DNA of 64,000 nt from a virus (lineage: Duplodnaviria > Caudoviricetes): positions 1-64,000 of IMG/VR virus record IMGVR_UViG_3300017569_000030. One strand, given 5' to 3'. The notes under the pieces are model-generated. The model had not been told where the DNA came from, searched no databases, and saw nothing but the letters and a program-made list of their open reading frames with translations. Of this stretch, positions 1-9,138 are shown piece by piece. The translations under genes and the position numbers were made by a program. Numbering within the stretch: position 1 is the first letter of the stretch; every line of letters starts with the position of its first letter.

Positions 1-111
1 TGTTTCATCTCTGTAAAAATATCAGAACACAGATTCAATAACACCTCAAACTATTAATAATATAACAAGGGTTTGCTGTATGTGTTCTTATGGTTATAGA
101 ATTTGAACGAA

Positions 112-303
112 TTACCTGATATTATTCCAGATTGCAATTCCTAATACTGCTCCAAATATTAATAATACAATTAAGACTACTGCTAATGGAATCCAGAATG
201 GGCTTAATACCCATATCCAAGACCATGTAATTATATTACATAGTTTTAGTATTATAAATGCAATTCCTAATAAAGTTAGTAATCCTGCACATTTATCCTC
301 CAT
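112..303 (-). CDS. Small membrane protein (63 aa)
   Basis: Two hydrophobic stretches with WSWIWVLSPFW; TAA stop. Confidence 0.75.
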   Translation of the reverse strand: MEDKCAGLLTLLGIAFIILKLCNIITWSWIWVLSPFWIPLAVVLIVLLIFGAVLGIAIWNNIR

Positions 304-305
304 AA

Positions 306-770
306 TTAGAAATAAATAGTTCCTATTTGATATAAATACGCTTGATGTGTGCAGACTTGTCTTAATTCTTCTGGTGCACTTTGAGGTATTGTTGATGTAT
401 AACCACGAGCATCATTCCAAGACATACCATCCCAATATCCACAAACAACGAGTTGATTTTGAATAATTCCTACTTTTATTTTAATTCCACTAATGGCGTT
501 ATTTTTTAAATAGATACCCGTTGTTATTTGTATGTTCTGTGGTTGCTGAGCTTGATGCCAACGCTCTACGTCTATAACATGCATTTGAGCAGGAGCATCT
601 AAAATAGGATCTGTCCTCTTTACAGTATTTGGAAAAGGAATGGTATACTTCTGAGATGATACACTCTGAGATGGCACACTAGGAGACGTGTAAGTAGTGA
701 AGAAATCACTATACTGTGCAGATGCTGTTAAATTTACTGTTAAAAGTAATAATATAAGTAAATGTTTCAT
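306..770 (-). CDS. Hypothetical exported protein
   Basis: N-terminal signal peptide MKHLLILLLLTVNLTASAQ; TAA stop. Confidence 0.75.
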   Translation of the reverse strand: MKHLLILLLLTVNLTASAQYSDFFTTYTSPSVPSQSVSSQKYTIPFPNTVKRTDPILDAPAQMHVIDVERWHQAQQPQNIQITTGIYLKNNAISGIKIKVGIIQNQLVVCGYWDGMSWNDARGYTSTIPQSAPEELRQVCTHQAYLYQIGTIYF

Positions 771-822
771 AATAGTTTTCTTTTTAAAAGAGACTGGGTT
801 ATTAGCCCAATCTCTTTGGTTT

Positions 823-2460
823 TTATGTGATCTTAACCAAGTTCAGCAGCTCTTGATTCATAGCTGCTAAAAAGAGTTCTTTTTCCGTCTTAGGAGCAGA
901 ATATTCTTTTCCTAAGATAAACGAGATTACACTTCCATCATATCCAGAAAGCTGAAAGAGATTTGGACAATCTGCAAAACTTTCAAACTTAACTTCTTTA
1001 TTTCCATAGAATTGATTTGGAATATCCCATAGAATGATTTTGAAGTTGTCAACAAAAGACGAAGAGAAATTTGCCTCTCTTAATCTTTTAATTGCTACTT
1101 TGAAGTTTGTTTGATTACTTCCATCTTGCACTGAATCATGGTGGGCTGCTTGCTGAAACTCGCCGTCACTAATGCAAAGTATTCCAGAAGGAAAATCTGA
1201 TTCTGGAACTCCTTTATCTTTTAGCTCGATGAATAAATCAATGACAGATTGAAAGTTTGTATTTCCTATATAACTACATTTATCATTGAGATATTTATCT
1301 ACTGGAGTTTCACCAATCCATTGATGTAATTTACACCTTTTATTAAATTCCCCAAAAGTATTTGCAAATGCACCTTTTAAGAAATAAGAAAAGTATAATG
1401 CTAATGCTTTAGCAATATTACCTGATGACATATTACATCCAATGACTTGTCCTCCCATTGATCCAGAAGTATCTCTAACAACAAGTAAAGAAGATTGAGT
1501 TGATTCTTCAAGTAATTGTTGAAATTGTCTATTAACAGTTTCTTTAACCCAGGGTTTTATGTCATAATCTACTGATTTAAATAGTTCATGAACATAACCT
1601 GTAAATTTTACTGTTGGCTGGGATAAAACCCAATCAGAGTATTTATTTGCAAGTTTATGATTTTCTAGGAATTTAGAATTAACTAATAAAGACAAAGCTC
1701 TTCCTGCAATAGTATTGAAGTTAATTTCATCATAAAGCTGTTTAGAAATGAGTTGTTGCCATTGATGAGCAGTTCCATGACTTTTTAGTTCTCTATACTT
1801 TTTGAAAGAGATTTCTTTCGGATAATTTGGGAAGAATTTCCGCGCAAGGTATCTACCTATTAAGGTATCAGCCTGACTTTCGAGAGTTGTACACTTTTTA
1901 TTGGTCTTAATAGTTGGAAGATATTTTCTAACAAGATCATTAGATAATCCTGCAGAAATTACTTGAGAGAGAAAATTCCAATCTAATTTTCGACCTTTGA
2001 AACCGTGATATTGAAGATCGAAAGACATCATTTGTATGACATCTTTCCAAGATCCTGCGGCGATGAAAAGCGGAAGATTTAATTTAAATGTATTTGGATG
2101 ATGAACTGCTACCCATAACATTCTCATTATACCTTCATGTTTCAAACCCTGTCCTTTTTGTTTACTTAACGTATTGTTATCTAATACTGTTTTACGAGTA
2201 ACAAGACGAACGTATAACAAAAGTTTCATAGTTAAAAGAGGATCAACCGACCACAGCGTGTACATATCTTGTGCAACTTCTTGATAACTACGTGGTTTTT
2301 TATAGCGAGAAATCGCAGCAAAGTCATCTACAAACAGATCACCAGTTGTTGAGTACTTTTTTCCACCTTCTGAAGATGTTGTTTCAGAAGATACTTCTGA
2401 CCCTGTTTTTACAAATGTATTATTGCCAAACAGGGATTGTAACTTTTTTTCAAATTCCAT
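823..2460 (-). CDS. DUF2828-like vWA-domain protein (TROVE/Ro60-like architecture)
   Basis: Motifs STTGDLFVDDF, DPLLTMKLL..R, GQG.K, KYLP; vWA MIDAS-like VVRDTSGSM and ISDGEF; no internal TAG. Confidence 0.75.
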   Translation of the reverse strand: MEFEKKLQSLFGNNTFVKTGSEVSSETTSSEGGKKYSTTGDLFVDDFAAISRYKKPRSYQEVAQDMYTLWSVDPLLTMKLLLYVRLVTRKTVLDNNTLSKQKGQGLKHEGIMRMLWVAVHHPNTFKLNLPLFIAAGSWKDVIQMMSFDLQYHGFKGRKLDWNFLSQVISAGLSNDLVRKYLPTIKTNKKCTTLESQADTLIGRYLARKFFPNYPKEISFKKYRELKSHGTAHQWQQLISKQLYDEINFNTIAGRALSLLVNSKFLENHKLANKYSDWVLSQPTVKFTGYVHELFKSVDYDIKPWVKETVNRQFQQLLEESTQSSLLVVRDTSGSMGGQVIGCNMSSGNIAKALALYFSYFLKGAFANTFGEFNKRCKLHQWIGETPVDKYLNDKCSYIGNTNFQSVIDLFIELKDKGVPESDFPSGILCISDGEFQQAAHHDSVQDGSNQTNFKVAIKRLREANFSSSFVDNFKIILWDIPNQFYGNKEVKFESFADCPNLFQLSGYDGSVISFILGKEYSAPKTEKELFLAAMNQELLNLVKIT

Positions 2461-2485
2461 ATCTTTTTATTTTTTAAAGGTTTAG

Positions 2486-2558
2486 TTGCGGAGGCAGGAT
2501 TCGAACCTGCGACCTCTAGGTTATGAGCCTAGTAAGCTACCAACTGCTCTACTCCACG
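2486..2558 (-). tRNA. tRNA-Met(CAU), initiator-like
   Basis: Cloverleaf CGTGGAG..TAGAGCAGTTGGTAGC..CTAGG-CTCATAA-CCTAG..GGTTCGAATCC..CTCCGCA-A; C1:A72 mismatch; CCA not encoded. Confidence 0.93.
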
Positions 2559-2565
2559 ATAATAG

Positions 2566-2631
2566 TTCTCCTTGAAGGTAATGCTCCTTCTTCCCAGACT
2601 AGTCTGTGCTTCACTTTAAAGCTTAAGGAGG
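2566..2631 (-). ncRNA. tRNA-like RNA with collapsed anticodon loop
   Basis: Acceptor (C)CTCCTT/AAGGAG(A), D arm GCTT-TAAAGTG-AAGC, arm CAGAC-TA-GTCTG, T arm GAAGG-AGCATTA-CCTTC; 66 nt; ends 7 nt upstream of tRNA-fMet. Confidence 0.6.
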
Positions 2632-2659
2632 CCTACCCTATTAAATAGAGTAGGAGATA

Positions 2660-2990
2660 AAGAGTGTAAGGAACTTAATAGCTTAACCTCAAACTATTAA
2701 ATATTTCCTTACACGTTGCCTAAGCCTGCCAATGTTTTTAGAGTATTGGTCAACTCCCAGCATCTTCATGTTGAAGACCAACAAAAGTCACTAGTTTATA
2801 GATGACTAGAAACTGAGGTAAAAGGATTCTAAGACCCACGTCGGGCAGAACTCATCCTTAAATAGTTCTTTGTAAAAGTAGTAGTCTCTCTTTTCTTGCG
2901 CATTGGATTCTATAGAGAACTCATCGGATAGCCTACCTAGGACTGTTTCAGACTATCAGGACGTAATTTATGTCCAGCTCCATCTGGAAT
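2660..2990 (-). ncRNA. Structured non-coding region (hairpin array) upstream of the tRNAs
   Basis: Long hairpin gtgtaaggaa..ttccttacac (2664-2714); repeated minus-strand motif GATGAG-TTCT..AGAA-TCC (about 2824-2857 and 2905-2926); no credible ORF. Confidence 0.45.
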
Positions 2991-3187
2991 CAATTAACTA
3001 CTCGCACCTTAGCAATAGAAGTATCAAGTGCTTCATTCACTTCTACTGCTGCTTTCATAGCATCTCCAATATTTGGAAATTTAGAAGCTCTTTCAAGATC
3101 AGAAGTGATCACTAATTCGTCTTTATTAAAACGAACTAATGCTTTAGGACTTATTTGAATAATATACATTTTAAAGTTGATCATCAA
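2990..3187 (-). CDS. Hypothetical protein
   Basis: Co-directional with neighbours and tightly packed. Confidence 0.6.
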   Translation of the reverse strand: MMINFKMYIIQISPKALVRFNKDELVITSDLERASKFPNIGDAMKAAVEVNEALDTSIAKVRVVN

Positions 3188-3401
3188 ACTTAAAAAGTTT
3201 ACAATACAAATTCCATCCAGTATATCGCTTATAATCTTCTTCTGTTAAAAGTATTGTACAGTTGAATGCTAGTATAGCACAAGCAACTATAAATATTCCT
3301 AACAGAATGGGATTAGCTTCAATCAGAGATTCTGCTCCTAGTATAGTTACTAAACAGATAAAAACCGTAATATAGAAAAATATTGCTTTCATTATTTCCA
3401 A
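3171..3401 (-). CDS. Small membrane protein
   Basis: Two hydrophobic segments; overlaps the next gene. Confidence 0.65.
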   Translation of the reverse strand: MEIMKAIFFYITVFICLVTILGAESLIEANPILLGIFIVACAILAFNCTILLTEEDYKRYTGWNLYCKLFKFDDQL

Positions 3402-3888
3402 AGTTTTTGTTTTTCTTTACGAATTTTTGCACACCTGGCTACTGCACGTTGATTCATGTAGAGCCGCACTTTTCCATTGTTGTTTTCACATCTTGCTATT
3501 AACATAATATTTTAAATTTAGTTTATCTACAACAGAAATAGAAAATTAACAATGGAACAATAATGTATGGTAAATAGGTGATGAACGCTATCCATACCCA
3601 ATCGTAATTCTCATCCATATTAATTTTATTAAAATGCCGTCTTTCCGTGCTGTCAAAGCAGTTTTACATCTTTACTTAGGATAACAATATGACACAGTTC
3701 CTTGTGATAGTATCGCTCTATTTCAATCTCTTCGATTCACAAGGAGGTAATTGTAGAGATTGTAATATCCTTGCCAGGATTTCTCTACAAGAAAGTAACC
3801 GAATCCATAAAGGTGGTAGTCTTTATCAAGATAACACATTGTATTATCATAATAAATCCTATCACCTTGTATGTTTCCCAAAAGAGTC

Positions 3889-4275
3889 TTAAGCAACATT
3901 ATAAGGCTCGAAAACAAGATAGCAGTTCTTGCCCTCACGAGAAGTCGATTCGAGAACGAAACGATCCTTCACCTTCAAAATAATGTCCTTTGTCTCGTTG
4001 GCTTCAATGAGTTCCTTCATTCTTACACCTTCTGCATTACCGCTAGTATAATTAATACCATTACCACGGCGTGCGAGCTGCTTAAATGAAATACGATAAC
4101 CCTCTTTAGAGGTAAAGCTACCCCAAGGTGAACCACCATTGATACCATCTTCCTTCTTAGGTTCCATTTCGCCCATTGGGAATGTCAAAACAGTTCCCTT
4201 AGCAATAGGAAGAGATTGTGCTTCACGATTGTTTGCTAACTCTTCTACCAATGAAAATTTCTCATCTTTTGTCAT
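3889..4275 (-). CDS. Hypothetical protein
   Basis: 128-aa ORF, ATG after a typical A-rich leader, TAA stop. Confidence 0.75.
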   Translation of the reverse strand: MTKDEKFSLVEELANNREAQSLPIAKGTVLTFPMGEMEPKKEDGINGGSPWGSFTSKEGYRISFKQLARRGNGINYTSGNAEGVRMKELIEANETKDIILKVKDRFVLESTSREGKNCYLVFEPYNVA

Positions 4276-5036
4276 TTGTTTTTAACTTTCACTTAAAACT
4301 CTTCTTAAAAGAGATCCTCTTAGAAAGTACTGGATTTTGGTTAAAATTTAATTAGTGGAACATTCTCTTTTAAAGTGAGAGAATATGACAACACTGGTAT
4401 ATCTGATTATAATTAATTTCGTCTTAATTTTCAAAGACTCGTCAGAGGTACTTTTCAGTGTTAAATATTTAGATTTAGTTAATTATTGGTTTAAGATTTG
4501 TTTGATGAGAAATCGGATTTCAATCTGGAAATGGGAGTTTTGGAGGCATTGGGGCGTTGGGGTGCATTTACTCACCTTCCAGCTCATCTTCAACCCAAAA
4601 ATTTTAACTTTATCTGCCAACGTCAATTTGCAGATCTACTCAATTTTTTCAAAAACAGTTTGGCGAATTTCACAATCCACCAAACCACAATCCAATGAAC
4701 GTTCGAAATGTTTCCGAAATCAAAACAAAAAATAAAGTCTTTTTTCACAACCAATACGTCAGCACGGATTTCCGATAGGAAAGCCGCGCAATGCCTATTA
4801 TACTGTACTCATACTGTATATTATCCTATACTTACCTTTAAAAGTATTGTATTAATCCAGTATATAATCTAGTATATTATACTATATATTATATATTATA
4901 TACTAAATCCCTCATTGCTAGCAATTGTAAAATTGCAGGAAAGTTTTGACTCTGCCAAATAAAATTGATTGCAATTTTGTTACATTTTAATTACAACCAA
5001 TTTTACTTAGCTTTTAAGCCCCTTAACTCCATAATT

Positions 5037-5333
5037 TTATTTTTGTGTAGCTTCAAATAGTTCTGAGATCATTGTCAATAACTGACTCATAAGTTTATTA
5101 AACAATGGCTCATTCTCAGTTTTACGTACAACTTTTATGCAATGACATAACTGCAATAAACTAAACTCCTTATCTGAATTAAGTCTATGTATAGTAGTAA
5201 CTGTTACATCATAACCAACGCTATCGTAAAAACCTCCGTTTTTAGAGTTACTGCAATAGTCTTTTAATTTATTCATAAGAACTTGCATAAGTTCTATTCG
5301 CTCATACTCAGTAAAAAATGTTTTTTGTATCAT
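5037..5333 (-). CDS. Hypothetical protein
   Basis: 98-aa ORF co-directional with the cluster. Confidence 0.7.
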   Translation of the reverse strand: MIQKTFFTEYERIELMQVLMNKLKDYCSNSKNGGFYDSVGYDVTVTTIHRLNSDKEFSLLQLCHCIKVVRKTENEPLFNKLMSQLLTMISELFEATQK

Positions 5334-5474
5334 ATTATTTTAATTTAAAGTGTTATTGTCAGACTATTTACATAGTTTCGTCTAAGTCTCATCAGTGATA
5401 ATTTTAACGACTCCTTAGCTGTCGAATATGACTTACATAAAAAGTTAGGTGTGGGATTTCTCCCACACAACTAA

Positions 5475-5807
5475 CTAAACGATTTGCCATTTATAAAGGG
5501 CTTTGCGCCTGCCTTCCATTGAAGTAGCAATAAAGGTTTTAGCAATGCATTTAATTTGCCCTCCGTTACTGATTAAATCGGATAGATTGTCAACAGTTAA
5601 ACCTGTGTTGCGTCCTACAAGTGAAGGTAATGCAATACGTGTGCCATCTGTAAACAGAATAGGAACCCATGTTGCAGTACTATTTGAAACCAGTTTCTTT
5701 TTTGGCTCTTGTGCTTTTAAAAGGGTTAACACTTCACCCACTTGAATAGGTGTGCCATACTCACTATTTAATGTAGTAAGTAAGTCTTTCAATTCTTCTT
5801 TTGTCAT
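5475..5807 (-). CDS. Hypothetical protein ending in TAG (probably a true stop)
   Basis: 110-aa ORF; TAG is followed at once by the hairpin gtgtggga-tttc-tcccacac (about 5447-5467). Confidence 0.7.
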   Translation of the reverse strand: MTKEELKDLLTTLNSEYGTPIQVGEVLTLLKAQEPKKKLVSNSTATWVPILFTDGTRIALPSLVGRNTGLTVDNLSDLISNGGQIKCIAKTFIATSMEGRRKALYKWQIV

Positions 5808-5996
5808 ATTGTTTTTGTTTTTAATTCAAGTATGAGGGCGGGACTTAGGGGGAAGTGTACTCTCCCCCTTACAACTCTACTAAAATTTTTAACTCAGAGT
5901 AGGGAGAGGGGGGGGATTAAAAAATCTATACCTAAAATAATATTTATGTGTATAATTTACACAATCAGCTTAACTGTTTTTAAAATTTTAACCGCG

Positions 5997-6122
5997 AAGC
6001 GTTTAAGTATAGTTACGATTAAGTTTAGTATTAAGTTTAGTTAGGTATCAAATTTGCAAGTGATTGTATTAAATATGAAATTGGATGTATTAATTTTGAA
6101 AGTGATTGTATTAACTATGAAA
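5997..6122 (+). repeat. 48-bp conserved block plus 21-bp-period direct repeats (iteron-like array 1)
   Basis: GTGATTGTATTAAATATGAAA (6060), TTGGATGTATTAATTTTGAAA (6081), GTGATTGTATTAACTATGAAA (6102); block 5997-6044 recurs at 6965-7012 with 2 mismatches. Confidence 0.8.
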
Positions 6123-6135
6123 TTAACAAATTTTA

Positions 6136-6167
6136 TTTGGAATAATGATATTAAATTGCTATATTTG
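6136..6167 (+). promoter_or_regulatory. Bacteroidota sigma-A-type promoter
   Basis: TTTG-N20-TATATTTG, matching the -33/-7 consensus TTTG/TAnnTTTG. Confidence 0.7.
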
Positions 6168-6187
6168 TAATATAATAAATTTGAAGT

Positions 6188-6910
6188 ATGGAAAAAGAAA
6201 CATTAAAACAACACGTACAGCTTCCAAATAAAATGGGAGAAAATGATCTATCCCCAAAGGATCAATTAATTTATTTAAGTATTAGAAGATTTATGAATAG
6301 TCAAACTAAGATTGCCTATCCCTCATTATCAAAAATTAGTGAAATTTCTGGAGCTAGTATTAATACCATTAGATCAAGTATTAAAACTTTAGAGTTAAAA
6401 GATTATTTTAAGGTAATAAAAGAGGGTCGTTCTCAGAAATATCTTTTTAATGAACTTAAAAAATTTGAGCCATTTTCTTATGACTTTTTAGATAAACCAG
6501 ATCTTACTTTTACTGAAAAATCTTATATAGTAGCATCACAACAATATATGTACACAGATGTAGAAGGGGTAGGTAAAATATCTTATTCTAATAAAGAATT
6601 ATCTGAAAAAATTAATATGTCGGAAGCAACCATTTCTAGAACTAACAACTCTTTAGTAAGAAAAAATTATCTTACTTTAATTAAGAATGAATCTAGAAAT
6701 ATAGAATCTGGATGTAAAACAGATACCAAGTTGTTTAATCTTAATGAACTTGGTCAAGCCGTTATTTGGGTTCTTAAAAATCATGAGGACAGAATTACTG
6801 ATAACGAAGATCGTATAACTAAGTTAGAACAAACTGTCGAATCTCAGAATAAACTTATTCAGTCCCTTTTAAAAGAAAGAGAGACATCCAAAATTGAATA
6901 TATTGTGTAA
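6188..6910 (+). CDS. Winged-HTH replication-initiator-like protein, paralog 1
   Basis: KDQLIYL..AYPSLSKISEISGASINTIRSSIKTL (HTH_36-like), second HTH, C-terminal coiled coil. Confidence 0.75.
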   Translation: MEKETLKQHVQLPNKMGENDLSPKDQLIYLSIRRFMNSQTKIAYPSLSKISEISGASINTIRSSIKTLELKDYFKVIKEGRSQKYLFNELKKFEPFSYDFLDKPDLTFTEKSYIVASQQYMYTDVEGVGKISYSNKELSEKINMSEATISRTNNSLVRKNYLTLIKNESRNIESGCKTDTKLFNLNELGQAVIWVLKNHEDRITDNEDRITKLEQTVESQNKLIQSLLKERETSKIEYIV

Positions 6911-6964
6911 ATAACAAATCTTTAACTATTATTAGTTAAGCTGAAGACTTTAATTTATAGCTAC

Positions 6965-7090
6965 AAGCGTTTAAGTATAGTTACGATTAAGTATAGTATT
7001 AAGTATAGTTAGTTGAAAAAATGTGCGCAGATTGTGAAAGTATGTGCGCACATAGTGAAAATCTGTGCGCACCCTGCGCACATTTTTTCA
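6965..7090 (+). repeat. 48-bp block plus 21-bp-period TGTGCGCA repeats and a 17-bp inverted repeat (iteron-like array 2)
   Basis: TGTGCGCA at 7022, 7043, 7064; 7014-7030 is the exact reverse complement of 7074-7090. Confidence 0.85.
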
Positions 7091-7114
7091 TAATGAAAGT
7101 AATTGTAAAAATAA

Positions 7115-7146
7115 TTTGGCACGAACAATTATTATGTTTATATTTA
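7115..7146 (+). promoter_or_regulatory. Bacteroidota-type promoter
   Basis: TTTG-N20-TATATTTA. Confidence 0.6.
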
Positions 7147-7169
7147 CTTTATTAAAAAGTAAATAAAGT

Positions 7170-7925
7170 ATGGATAACAAAATTAAAGAACAACACTTTC
7201 AAGTTCCAAATAAAATGAATGAACATGACTTAGAGCCAAAGGATCAATTGATATATTTGGTTTTAAAGTCACATTACAATGGAAAAACAGGAAAATGTTT
7301 TCCCTCACTTCAAACAATAGCAACAGAAGCAGGAACTTCTATTCCTACTGTTAGAGAAAGCATTAAGAATTTACAAAAATCAGATTATATAGACATAAAG
7401 AAGATAGGAAGGCAAAATTATTATACTTTTAAAAAATATATTAATTTTGAATGTTTTACTCCAGAGTTTTTACAACACATGGATCTTACCTTTAGAACTA
7501 AGGCATACCTAGTTGCTTGTCAACAATTTATGTATAAAGATTCTTCAGGAATAGGTAAGATTTCTTTTTCAAATAGAACTCTTGCTGAAAAGATTAATTT
7601 ACCTGAATCTTCTCTTAGAAAATGTAATATGGAGCTTATTAGAAAGTCATATCTAGACATAGTTAAAAATGATAATAAAGATTTAGAAACAGGATGTCAA
7701 ACTGACACTAAAATCTTTAAATTAAATAAATTAGGACAGGCTGTTATTTGTGCAGTATTAGATCATGAAGACCGTTTACAAGAATTAGAAGAAAATACAA
7801 TTAGTAAAAATGAGTTTGAAATGTTCAAGCAGCAAATAAAGAAAGAATTAGAAGAAAAAGATAAAACTATCAATAAACTTTTAAAAGAAAGAGAAAAACC
7901 ACAAATTGAGTTTGTCGCTCAATAA
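7170..7925 (+). CDS. Winged-HTH replication-initiator-like protein, paralog 2
   Basis: Colinear with 6188-6910 (PNKM..DL.PKDQLIYL..PSL; GKISFSN; ETGCQTDTKIF). Confidence 0.75.
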   Translation: MDNKIKEQHFQVPNKMNEHDLEPKDQLIYLVLKSHYNGKTGKCFPSLQTIATEAGTSIPTVRESIKNLQKSDYIDIKKIGRQNYYTFKKYINFECFTPEFLQHMDLTFRTKAYLVACQQFMYKDSSGIGKISFSNRTLAEKINLPESSLRKCNMELIRKSYLDIVKNDNKDLETGCQTDTKIFKLNKLGQAVICAVLDHEDRLQELEENTISKNEFEMFKQQIKKELEEKDKTINKLLKEREKPQIEFVAQ

Positions 7926-7930
7926 AAAAT

Positions 7931-7969
7931 AAACCCCAGCTCAGAATTACATCCGAGTTGGGGTTTTTA
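7931..7969. terminator. Bidirectional intrinsic terminator
   Basis: aaaccccagctc..gagttggggttttt between convergent genes. Confidence 0.75.
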
Positions 7970-7975
7970 ATAAGT

Positions 7976-8302
7976 TTAATATCGAACAGAAATACTGTTT
8001 AACCTATCACTTACATTTAAAACAAACTGTTCATGCTTATAAGGTTCTAACTGATCCCATAAGCTATCTATATCATCAACCATTTGTTCTGCTTTAATTC
8101 TCAGATAATCTTTAGAAGATTCTTTTTCTTCGTTAGCTAAATCATAATCTTTTATAATTTGCTCAAGATCATCTATCCAATCTTTAACAAAACCTTCATT
8201 ATTCATATCTGCTAAAGTTATTTCTTTAGCTAATTGTTTTAACATTAAAATAGATTGTTTAGTTAAATTCCAAAGTCTATTTTTTTCATTATTATATATC
8301 AT
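7976..8302 (-). CDS. Hypothetical protein
   Basis: Likely start MIYNNEKN at 8302, overlapping the HNH stop. Confidence 0.6.
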   Translation of the reverse strand: MIYNNEKNRLWNLTKQSILMLKQLAKEITLADMNNEGFVKDWIDDLEQIIKDYDLANEEKESSKDYLRIKAEQMVDDIDSLWDQLEPYKHEQFVLNVSDRLNSISVRY

Positions 8303-9116
8303 CAGATGTATTATATATTTTGAAATAACTATTATTCCATAATTTATCTGCATTTCTAAGTAATGTAGTTCTACAAGTTTTTATTAATTTAGTTTTTACT
8401 AAGTTATTATCCATAAGATATTGACAGCACTCCGCTATTGTTCCAAATCGATTTAATTCATTCATATTTTCATCATATTGAATAACATACTTTTGGTTTA
8501 CCTTTCCAAGATGTTCTGAATTTATGATTTGTTTAACAATAGGCAGTTTTATATTTAATTCTTTAGATACCTTTTTTTGATTTTTTAATATTAGATATTT
8601 AGAAATAACAGAATTTTTAAGTTCTTCAGTGATTTCATATTTATTGCCCAAATACTTGTGATTTTTAAATCCATAAGTATCAGTTTGAGAATGACAATTT
8701 GGACAAAGAAATCTTAAATTTTCTAATCGATTGTCGTTATTTATGCCATTAATATGATCTAATGATAAAGTCTTACCCTTCCATTCTGTAATCCCACAAA
8801 TAGCACATTTATAAGGAATTAAATTTTCCCTAATTATAGCGTTTCTTAAAATATTTCTAGGATGCTTTGAATCCTTACAGAACAATTCTTCAGAATTTAT
8901 TTTAGTTGAACGACCATATTCAATAAATGCACTTTTTCCTTTAAAATCTGTTTCTTTTAGATCACATTCTTTTATTCTTTGTTTTACTTTAGAATATCCC
9001 CAAGAGTTTCCTTTTGTTGAATATCCAAGTTTAAATAAAACTTCTGAGATATTAAGACTTGACTTAACTAAGTCTATAAATTCTTCCCTCGTAAGTTTAT
9101 CAATTTTGTTCTCCAT
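8292..9116 (-). CDS. Free-standing HNH endonuclease with C-terminal NUMOD1-like domain
   Basis: CAICG..LDHINGINNDNRLENLRFLCPNCH; starts 22 nt downstream of the suppressor tRNA. Confidence 0.9.
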   Translation of the reverse strand: MENKIDKLTREEFIDLVKSSLNISEVLFKLGYSTKGNSWGYSKVKQRIKECDLKETDFKGKSAFIEYGRSTKINSEELFCKDSKHPRNILRNAIIRENLIPYKCAICGITEWKGKTLSLDHINGINNDNRLENLRFLCPNCHSQTDTYGFKNHKYLGNKYEITEELKNSVISKYLILKNQKKVSKELNIKLPIVKQIINSEHLGKVNQKYVIQYDENMNELNRFGTIAECCQYLMDNNLVKTKLIKTCRTTLLRNADKLWNNSYFKIYNTSDDI

Positions 9117-9138
9117 AAATTACATAAGTTAATATTTG

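Noticed and set aside
2925-2965. Hammerhead-like CTGATAG..GAAA on the minus strand
   Set aside because: Core is not CUGAnGA and the three stems cannot be formed.
3635-3655. GC-rich TGACAGCACGGAAAGACGGCA element on the minus strand
   Set aside because: Single short imperfect hairpin; not enough to call an RNA.
2271-5745. Plus-strand track ORFs (2271, 2903, 2970, 3689, 3771, 3871, 4385, 4498, 5503)
   Set aside because: Antisense shadows of minus-strand genes or in non-coding sequence, with no recognisable motifs.
5997-7090. Periodic repeats as a CRISPR array
   Set aside because: 21-bp period with no unique spacers and no cas genes; 13328-14248 is a generic PD-(D/E)XK nuclease.
9060-9138. Theta (HDV-like) ribozyme expected 3' of suppressor tRNAs in recoded gut phages
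   Set aside because: The trailer is AT-rich and enters the HNH ORF within 22 nt; no nested pseudoknot seen here or after tRNA-fMet. A dedicated motif search would be decisive.
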